From Macrostomum lignano (lineage: Eukaryota): a DNA stretch of 32,696 bases. The notes beneath the pieces are model-generated. The model ran no database searches, had not been told where the DNA came from, and worked only from the letters and a program-made list of their open reading frames with translations. Positions 24,101 through 32,696 of this stretch are shown here, piece by piece. Position 1 is the first letter of the stretch, and every line of letters starts with the position of its first letter. The stretch covers positions 1 to 32,696 of the forward strand of contig NIVC01004871.1 in the NCBI GenBank assembly GCA_002269645.1. The letters are read 5' to 3'. Both the position numbers and the translations under genes were made by a program.

Positions 24101-24878
24101 TCCAGGGCAAGCCTGAAGGCGGTCCAGTCGGTATTCCTAGCATTTCGTTTCCAGTAAAGCTGGCCTGCGTTTCGGGCACTGGCTAGCGTGAAAGAGGTGA
24201 ACTTGTGATCGGAGAGGGACGCCTCAGGAAGCACCCGCCACTCCCTAGTGCTCTGGAAGAGCCTGGGCGTGGGGAGGGTGGCATCGAGCACCTTCGATCG
24301 GCGTCCGTTATTGAAGGTAGGGGTACTACCCGAGTTACAGAACTCAAGGGTTGTAGTAGCAATATAAGCCAGGAAGTCTTCACCTCTCTGGTTAATATCA
24401 GAACTGCCCCAGTGGGTATGGTGGGCGTTGATATCGCCTGCCACAAGCAGCTTTAATTTCTGGTGGAGCAGAGCTCGACCAATGTGACAAGCTCGACCAA
24501 TGTGACAAGCTCCCCTGGGATCATCTCGCCGTCGCCCGGTAGGTAAACCGAGGCGATGAGAGTAGTCCTCCCAGGGAGTATGTCTTCAGATTGGATGACG
24601 CAGATGTCCCTGGTGGACAGGTCCGATCTGAGCCATGCGTTAAGAGAACTGGACACCATGATGCAGGATCTTGGTGTCAGGTTTCCCTCCCGGGTGCCAG
24701 CGGTTAAACACTGGTAGCCGGTGGGGACATGTTGGGGCCTGCCCCTTAGTGTCCAAGGTTCCTGGATAAGGATAATCCCTGGCGCGTATTGGTCAGTGTG
24801 CTTCAAGAGGTTGACCGAAGCAGCAATGCTGTGCTGCAGGTTGACCTGCAAGCAGTGGATGCCCTGGGAGACGGTCAT
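21191..24878 (-). pseudogene. Retrotransposon ORF2 (APE endonuclease, reverse transcriptase, RNase H, CCHC knuckle), disrupted
   Basis: QVNLQHS, IQEPW, GDINAHH, SDH (APE); FKSPGPDG, SFRPISLTS, FLDIVGAFDNV, GVLSPVLW, YADD (RT); FTDGS, FQNEV, SDSQAAL, WIPGHAGFKGNELADSLAK (RNase H); CPFC-x8-H-x4-C. Several frameshifts, in-frame TGA at 21437-21439 and an 18-bp tandem duplication (ELVTLV twice) near 24474-24510. Confidence 0.92.
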
Positions 24879-24880
24879 GT

Positions 24881-25966
24881 CTACTGTCCAGGGGAGGAGA
24901 AAAGCAACTCATTCTCAGCCTCATCGGTGAGAGTTGAGTCGCCAATTTCCATTGGCTCAGGCTCAGCCGCCTCCCCAGCCGCCGCAGAGGCGGACACGGC
25001 GCCCACGGCAGGTGAGTCACCTAGCCGCGCTACACCGCCCTCCCCCCAGCGACTGGGGTACGGCTGCTGCCTTCGCCTTGCGCCCCGCCGTCGGGAGTCT
25101 GAGCTCGGCCGGCAGCGTCCTCCTGGTGGTAATCCCACCAGTTGGAAGGCTGAGCCATGCCGTCGTCCAGTTCCCTCGGCTGGCTTTCAGTGTTTTTGCG
25201 AGCAGCACGAGTCTGCTCGAGGTGAAGTCTCCGAGACTGAGCTTCGTCAAGTGCGCGCTGGATTAGCCCGGACCGCCGGTTACTGCGGGCGGGTCTACGT
25301 CCGCGCGAGGCGGACTCAGCAGCGCAAATAGCCTTGTTAGGCTCGGGATCGGGTTGCTGCTGCCGCTTGGCCGGCGGAGCCTCCCAGCTCCGGGAGCGGC
25401 GCGCTTCCCGTCGTTCTTTGTCTCCACCTTGCCCTCCTCACAGCGGAGGATGGTCAGTTGATGGGGACCAAGGTGGAGGTTTGTGCCGTGCGGTAGCCGC
25501 TTGGCCCATCCCTCCGTCAGGCCGAGGATGACGGTGGCCCCGGTCGTGCCCTTGCGGACCGTGCTGTGGTACACAAGACCACTGGCGTCGAGATCCGGGT
25601 GCCGCTTGAGCAGGAGCTGCCGCAGCTGCTCCCCGGACTTGATCGCACTGTCGGCCGAGACTCAAATCCGATGGCGGATGGTCTTCGGCCGCTCGCTCTC
25701 CAGGGCGAAGGTCAGCTGGCCCAGGTCGCTGTGCCAGTCGAACTTGGGCAGCTGATCCCACAGGAGCTGGGTGCTTTCCTCGGATTTGCACCACAGTAGG
25801 ATGCACCGTTCGCCTTGGTGGACTTGAAGATGTCCACGAAGACTCCCTCCGGGTTAGGTTGAGCGAGCCCTCGTCGATGGTACGCCACGCGACGTCGAGC
25901 TGCTCGGGCGTCAGGTCGAAGTCCCCGCCGAGGATAATCACGGCGGGTTGCAGCGGCTGCTTGACC
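24881..25966 (-). pseudogene. Retrotransposon ORF1 (gag-like) 3' portion, disrupted
   Basis: GC-rich coding-like frames upstream of ORF2 (..WDQLPKFDWHSDLGQLTF.., ..LRQLLLKRHPDLDASGL..), acidic tail ending ELLFSSPGQ-TAG 2 nt before the ORF2 ATG; frameshifts and an internal TGA. Identity inferred from position. Confidence 0.7.
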
Positions 25967-26231
25967 TACAAACCGCGCAGGTTTTATTGTATATTATTAA
26001 GCATGAGGCAACAAGTTAAGCAATGCACGAGTAATATCAACTTTTGCCAGCATTATAGACATATCCAGAAGATCTCAAGCAAATACTTTCAGATTCTGGC
26101 GAGTTGCTTAGCGTTGGCAGGTGATTAATCTACATTTTTACATTTATTGCCGGCCAAATTTATGGATTCGCGATTCGACGGAAAATGAGGCTCTGGTATA
26201 GCCAATTGCAATATATAACACTTAGAGATAA

Positions 26232-26959
26232 CAAGGACGACTTAAGTAGAAGAACGGGAAACCTCGTTTCTTGGAAAATTTTTGAAGGCAGGCTTTTCCG
26301 AAAAAAATACACTACGCGGAGATAGTAAGTTTTCATTTTTCAGCACAACATTGTTATTGCTTTGATTGGAGGCAGATCCTGCAGTGTTCATCTGCATTGT
26401 GCCGTTTTTATTGCTCCATCGATATCCATAAAGCTTTTTGTTCAAAGAATTAGAATTCTATGTTAATTTTTTATTCTACGTACATTTTATGTACCTTGAA
26501 TCTATTTTATCATCTCTGTGACAAATATTTGTGTAACACAGTCAGCTAAGAATGATAAAATAGACTCATAAAACCAAAGAGCTCAGCGTGCCATTTTAAT
26601 GGTTTTTAGGCACAAGATACGTGTAAATGTGTACCGTAGAATCTAGCGGAATGGGCGCCCGCGCCTTCCCGCTGTGTCCCCTCCGGGACAGCCCTGCAGC
26701 TAAGTACCGTAGAATAAAAAATTAACATAGAATTATAATTCTTCGAACAAAAAGCTTTATGAATATCGATCGTGAGCAATAAGAAAGGCACAACATATCA
26801 AAAGATGAACACTGGATCTGCCTTCAATCAAAAGCAATAACATTTTTGTGCTGAAAATTAAAACTTCCTATCTCCCGTCGTTGTATTTTTTTCGATAAAG
26901 CCTGACTTCAAAAATTTTCCAAGAAGCGAGATTTCCCGTCCTACTTAAAGTCGTCCTTG
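26232..26959. mobile_element. About 730-bp non-autonomous TIR element with about 250-bp inverted arms (26232-26483 / 26704-26959)
   Basis: Arms are reverse complements (caaggacgactt...ctacgtac vs gtaccgtag...gtcgtccttg); third copy at 3466-3723; TSD not clear. Confidence 0.7.
26643..26703 (+). mobile_element. 61-bp retroposed 3'-end fragment of a LINE (or SINE tail) related to the 21073-25966 element
   Basis: Perfect 12-bp TSD GTACCGTAGAAT (26631-26642, 26704-26715); insert aligns with the minus strand of about 21086-21152 and ends in GCTAA. Confidence 0.88.
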
Positions 26960-28856
26960 AGAAATAATTTAATATTTGATCAATCTTATCTTAAAATTGT
27001 GAAATATATCCTCGTATCGCCTTACATCAAATAATAGTATACTTATAAATTCATTCATAATCCTAAAATCTCATAAACAAAGACTAGGAAGTTTTAAATC
27101 TAGCACCGTAAGGAAAATAGTTATATCAGTTTAAACAATTTTAATGTGCTAGTATCTTTTCGTTTTATCCAAACTATGCTTCGTTGCTTTTTTATGTAAA
27201 TTAAAACACAGCTAAAAAAATAGAACTATTTTTTTCTAAAATAATAAGTATGTCTTTTTTGTTCAGAACAATCTAAAACAGTACTTCTGCCAATACTTCA
27301 TTTGTCATTGTGACGAGTGAAAGAGCTTCCTTGTTCTAAGCAAGAGTGTTTGCTTACACCTTCTTAGAACTGTATTAGTTTACTGTATTTGCGTTTTAAC
27401 TCGAGATTTTATGAGCTTTAGACAACACATATAGCATGCACTTCTTTTTCTTAAATACTTTTTATGACTGCTTCTACTAGGCCTTAACTTAGTCTGGATA
27501 GGCCTATTTTTTAGACCAAGAAGTTCAATTAACTTTGGTTGACCCTATTGTGGAATTGCCCACCATCACCAATATTATTTAATATCATACTTACATTTGA
27601 TATATATCAAGTTATGTTCCATATTGCCTTTCTTTCTACATTTAAGTTTAACAATTAACAATATTAATGTTGTAGGGGTTAACTTCTGTCCCTAATATAA
27701 TCTTTACAAACTGCCACCAATTTGTAACAGGGGTTATTTCTAGGGCCTATCCTCCTTTTTTGCTAAATTTGTACTAGGCCCTAGGGTTATTTCTTACTAC
27801 TTGATTTTATTGGTTATTTCCTGTAAGCCTTGTATGTTTACTGGTAGCATATGTACTTTTAGCCTAAACAGTCTAATGGCACTATATTTCTAATTCTTTA
27901 AATCTCCCAGTTTTCTCCTCTAGGAGGGTTTCCCTTCAGGGTTTCTCTTCAGACTTTATGTCTAGATCTCTCTACCCTGTGGTAAGATTTCTACCTTCTA
28001 TTATATTGCAAAAGGTTTTCTATGTATGCCGGACACATTTTTATTGAATTTTCAATTGTATGCCAACAGATTTTAAATGTGTGCCAACTTGAAAGAACAA
28101 TAAAAAATCAATGAATATTTAAATTTAAAATTGAACTACAAAAAATTGATAACAACATGACAATTGTTGTGACAATTCCAGTAATTAAAATGATTAGTAA
28201 ATGATAAAATAGTAGCAGAAAAAATAGTTTTTGAAATAACTTAACACAGAAAAAGCACAAAAACATTCCTTATATTCATTTCTATGCTAGTCGCCATACA
28301 CCACACTGAGACTGTACGCCACACTGTACATAGCCAAGAAATATACGCTAGTGTGTGCCACAGAAATCAAGTATATGCCGGAATTTTCTGGCATATCCCC
28401 ACCATCTGCAAAATAGGCCTTCTAAAAGTGATTTCTCAGATTCTAATCTAGGGGGAAATCCAAAAATCGGGGGCAAGTTTTATGAAAATTCGTTTTTTGG
28501 CAATTTGAAAGCAATAAAGCTATAAAATAAATTTATTCATGTTTTTAAAAAGTAAAAAAGTCTATTAAAGCACAAATTATTTTCGTATAGCTTTATTTTT
28601 AATAAAATGATTTGTTAAAACGGTAAGTTTAATTACGACCTAAAATGAGTCTAATGAAAATGATTAAAAAGCTATAATAATGTATTTTATTAACTTTAAC
28701 TATCTTATAATGTTACACTTTATAATTCTACAACATATTTAACATTATTTTAAGGTTTTATTTGTTTATCACTTTCGTTACTCTTGACAACGTGTATTTT
28801 GTAGAGTTCGTTTGCAATAAATTGTATTCAACGTAAGTTTATTATTTAAACATACA

Positions 28857-29561
28857 AATTCCCGTAAGGATCGGAAAATTGCATTTTACTCAGCTTCTAC
28901 TAAAGCGATTTGGAAAATTCTTTTTTTCCTGCATACACGCCGCGATGATACATGTTTTAGTGTAATTTCATTGTTCTTCGTCGCTTAATAAGCATACAGT
29001 AAGCATCTGATTTGGAAGCCGGGTAACACATTGGAATTCCCATAAGGATTGGAAAATTGCATTTTACTCAGCTTCTACTGAAGTGATTTGGAAAATTCTT
29101 TTTTTCCTGCATACACGCCGCGATGATACATGTTTTAGTGTAATTTCATTGTTCTTCGTCGCTTAATAAGCATACAGTAAGCATCTGATTTGGAAGCCGG
29201 GTAACACATTGGAATTCCCATAAGGATTGGAAAATTGCATTTTACTCAGCTTCTACTGAAGCGATTTGGAAAATTCTTTTTTTCCTGCATACACGCCGCG
29301 ATGATACATGTCTTAGTGTAATTTCATTGTTCTTCGTCGCTTAATAAGCATACAGTAAGCATCTGATTTGGAAGCCGGGTAACACATTGGAATTCCCATA
29401 AGGATTGGAAAATTGCATTTTACTCAGCTTCTACTGAAGCGATTTGGAAAATTCTTTTTTTCCTGCATACACGCCGCGATGATACATGTTTTAGTGTAAT
29501 TTCATTGTTCTTCGTTGCTTAATGAGCATACAGTAAGCATCTGATTTGGATGCCGGGTTCA
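28857..29561. repeat. 178-bp tandem satellite-like repeat, about 4 near-identical copies
   Basis: GGAAAATTGCATTTT recurs at 28873, 29051, 29229 and 29407 (exact 178-bp spacing). Confidence 0.96.
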
Positions 29562-30739
29562 CATCTTGTGGTACCATTTTTTACCCAAAATTTTTAAGTC
29601 TAAATATAGGCATATTACAAATACTATTACAAATAAGTTGATATTTAAATGAAAGAAAACAACTTAAAGATTATTTTGCAACAAGGAATTATCGATATAT
29701 TTACTTTTAGAAAAAGATGTTTGCTGGCAAACTTTGCACTTTATATTAGTATGAATTTTTGCGAGTTTATATGGTTTTAGAAAAACTTTGAAATCCTTAG
29801 AAATACTTCATCTTTTTGAATTGAATAAAAAGTAAAACACAGATTACTTTCTGTTTTGTAATTAGTAAAAAAATTAGCCTTCTCTAAGGCCTACAAGTCT
29901 TAAAATTAATTGTTTAATAATGAAAAAAGTGAAACAAAAAATTGCAAATCGGTCAACTCAGACTTTCAAAATGCTTTTTTGTGGTTTTTTCTTATTTATT
30001 CAACAATACAAAGCATGAAAACAATAGTTTTTATCCAGAACTATTTTCTAAAGACCTATCTATCTTTCAAAAACCTTTTTTAGATACATTACTTTCCATC
30101 GAATGTCCGCAGATTTGTTTTACCGTTTTATCCCACGTTTTTGGATTTCGCCCTAGATATCTTGTTCTTTTGAAAATAGGTTGAACACTCCTAGTCTTGG
30201 GGTTATTCCTAAGTCACTATCTACTACTCAATATAAGTAACATAAGTGATTACAAGCCCAAGGCTGATTGAATTTATTTCTAAATAAGAGAATAGAATAA
30301 GAAGCTTATGCAAAATAAGCAGGTAAGCACAATCAAAGCTTGAGCTTAAAGGTGAGAATTTATTTTGGTCAGGCCCTCAGATAGCTGTTTATAGTATAAA
30401 AATTTATTACAGTTTTAAACAAATCATTGTACAAAATATACAACATATTTCTAATATATATTTAATACAAGCTGTTGAAACCCGCAGATTTTGAACCCGG
30501 GGAATTCCAATACCCAGAACTACTTTTGCATGTATTCTGATATCTAAGGCCATATAGAAACAAAAACTTATTAATAGTTAGTAAGATAGAGGTAGACATA
30601 AAATGGAGCACATTTGTGTAAAATTAGGGTTTGAGACATTGTTGGCTGGGGTACTGCGCAGAATGTTAGGCAATGTCTGTCTGACTCTAAAACATATATT
30701 GCTAAACTGGTCTCTCACTGACTTTCCCTACGTCCCTTG

Positions 30740-31038
30740 GATCCTTTGAAATTTCTATTGTCTCTTTGTTTCCTCTTATCTCTCTTGTCCCTTGTCTCTC
30801 CTCTCTCCCCTCTTCTTTTGTATCTTCCCTCATCTCTCTTCTCTTTCATCTCTCTTATCTCATCTCTTGTCTCTTCTTTCTCTCTCCTCTCCTCTCTACT
30901 TATTCATTTTCTCTCTCCTCTCCTCTCTCCTCACTCACTTCTCTACCTTTGTCTCTCCTCTCTCCTCTTGTCTCTGTAACCTCTCCTCTGTTCTCTTTAC
31001 TCTCCTATCTGTTCACTCTCGTCTCTGCTCTCTCATCC
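30740..31038. repeat. CT-rich low-complexity polypyrimidine tract
   Basis: Almost exclusively C/T on the + strand; source of spurious L/S/F-rich ORFs. Confidence 0.9.
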
Positions 31039-31046
31039 CTGAGTAA

Positions 31047-31777
31047 TAGTGATGGATTGAAATTATTTTTCAAATCAAAATCGAAATCAAAATTTTTGGT
31101 TCCTTAGAATCAAAATTGAAATTGAAATCAAAATCAAAATTTTTTTAGCTTAACAAATTTTTACTTTTTTGCTAATCATGCAAAAAGGTTAACACCTTGC
31201 CTCTGCATGTATGAGCTTACATGTTTTATAAAAAGTATCTTTGATATGTTTAAACCAGAATACTTTAGATTTAACTTACTTAAAAAAAGAAATAGAAAAT
31301 GCTGGTATTTTACGTATTATACACTCGTACATAGAAATATAGTAGAAGTTGTATAATACTTCACCGCTGTTGAAGCTGAAGATCTAGATACAAGTAGCCT
31401 ATATCCATTTCATTAAGGCTTTATAAGTCTTTAGCCAATTAAAATCCACGCCGATGAGTTTAGCCAGTGGGCTTGTGGAGGTTGAGGTGGGTGCAGCACA
31501 AGGCCTTGAATAGTATGTGCCCTACACAATCTTTTCTTGTAGAAAAGACGATTCTCACCTCCTCACTGAGTCTTTGAACTGCACTTCCTTTCATTTCCTA
31601 TAGATTTTCTAACTCGTGTAGCATGATCATCAATGTCTAAATTGTTAAAATATAACCAAAATTTTGAAACGATTTTCGATGAATGGTGTCGAAATTCAAA
31701 ATCAAAATTATTTCGATGCAAAATTAGTTTCGAAATTCAGAATATCAAAATCAAAATCGAATTTTGATTCATCACTA
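31047..31777. mobile_element. 731-bp non-autonomous hAT-type element
   Basis: TIR TAGTGATGGATT / GATTCATCACTA; perfect 8-bp TSD CTGAGTAA (31039-31046, 31778-31785); subterminal AAAATC/GAAATC hexamer clusters at both ends. Confidence 0.85.
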
Positions 31778-31785
31778 CTGAGTAA

Positions 31786-32660
31786 CCTCTCTCATCTGTC
31801 TTATATGTTCTCTCACCTCTCTCCTCCGTACTCTTTTCTTTCCCCTTTTGACTCTTCACTTTTCTTTCTCCTTTCTTCTTTTCTCTCCTCTTCTATTTTC
31901 TATACTCTGTCTTCCTCTCTTCTCTCACTCCACTCTCCTCTCTCTATTATCTCTCATCTCTCATTTCTCATCTCTCCTTCTACCTTTCTCATCTCTACAA
32001 CCTTAGAGATGTAGAGATGTATTTTCATCTCTTCTCTCTTCCCTTTACTCTTTCATCTCTTCTTTCACCTGTTTCCTCTTTGCTCTCCTCTCTGCTGTCT
32101 CCTCTCTTCTCTCATCTGCAGCTCTTTGCTCTTATCTCTACTCTCTCCTCTTGCTTTTCCTCTCTTTCCTTCTCTCACCTCTCTCCTCCGTACTCTTTCT
32201 TTCCCCTCTTTTGACTCTTCACTTTCCTTTCTCCTTTCTTCTTTCTCTTCTCTTTCGTTTTCTATACTCTGTCTCCCTCTCTTCTCTCACTCCACTCTCC
32301 TCTCTCCGTTATCTCTCATCTCTCATTTCTCATCTCTCCTTCCACCTCTCTCATCTCTACAACCTTAGAGATGTAGAGATGTATCTTCATCTCGTCTCTC
32401 TTCCCTTAACTCTTTCATCTCTTCTTTCACCTGTTTCCTCTTTGCTCTCCTCTCTGCTGTCTCCTCTCTTCTCTCTTCTGCAGCTCTCTGCTCTCTCATC
32501 TCTACTCTCTCCTCTCGCTTTTCCTCTCTCCCTCTTCTCCCCCTCTCTCTCATTGTCCTCACCCCCTCATCTCTCCTATTATATTTTATCTTTCTTTTAT
32601 TCCCTCTGTTGCCTCTCCTCTCTTCAAATCATTTTTTCCTTCTTCTTTCCACTTTCATCT
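31786..32660. repeat. CT-rich tract containing an about 362-bp tandem duplication
   Basis: CCTTAGAGATGTAGAGATGTAT at 32001 and 32363; tctcacctctctcctccgtactc at about 31810 and 32173. Confidence 0.88.
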
Positions 32661-32696
32661 GCCCCTCAGCTATGAGCTGGATTCTTTATCTGGCCT

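Larger units (their letters stand above)
21073..25966 (-). mobile_element. 5'-truncated, decayed non-LTR retrotransposon, LOA/R1-like, with RNase H
   Basis: 8-bp TSD TACAAACC at 21065-21072 and 25967-25974; 3' tail of TAAG repeats; ORF1 remnant then ORF2 with APE, RT, RNase H and CCHC motifs. Confidence 0.93.

Noticed and set aside
28857-29561. 178-bp period equals the Arabidopsis centromeric monomer length
   Set aside because: Only the length coincides; I see no sequence resemblance, and the gene content is animal.
30737-32675. Leu/Ser/Phe-rich ORFs resembling membrane proteins
   Set aside because: Products of CT-rich low-complexity DNA.

Overview
Eukaryotic (invertebrate animal) genomic DNA, with no prokaryotic features. 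Two spliced minus-strand genes. (1) A GT32/DXD-motif glycosyltransferase of the SUR1/OCH1-like type, two exons, about 355 aa, whose 1.6-kb intron holds two minisatellites. (2) A large Ser/Pro-rich protein of about 1,500-1,730 aa ending in a domain I recognise as the AJM1 (apical junction component 1) C-terminal region, apparently without the Cys-rich MYND-like finger. Three single-base frameshifts in that gene all fall in homopolymers and look like assembly errors. A 4.9-kb 5'-truncated, decayed LOA/R1-like non-LTR retrotransposon (ORF1 part, APE endonuclease, RT, RNase H, CCHC; 8-bp TSD, TAAG-repeat tail) occupies 21073-25966. A 61-bp insertion consisting only of a related element's 3' stem-loop and tail, with a perfect 12-bp TSD, lies at 26643-26703. 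The rest is rich in non-autonomous TIR elements (two hAT-type MITEs with 8-bp TSDs, two larger TIR elements), a 526-bp near-perfect inverted duplication whose spacer occurs in both orientations, and tandem repeats (12, 23, 33, 178 and about 362 bp units). The organism cannot be determined from the sequence; identities given are by-eye estimates. I found no clearly new multi-gene system; the most interesting signals are the retro-tail micro-insertion, the flipped-spacer inverted duplication, the fingerless AJM1-like gene and the GT32 gene.
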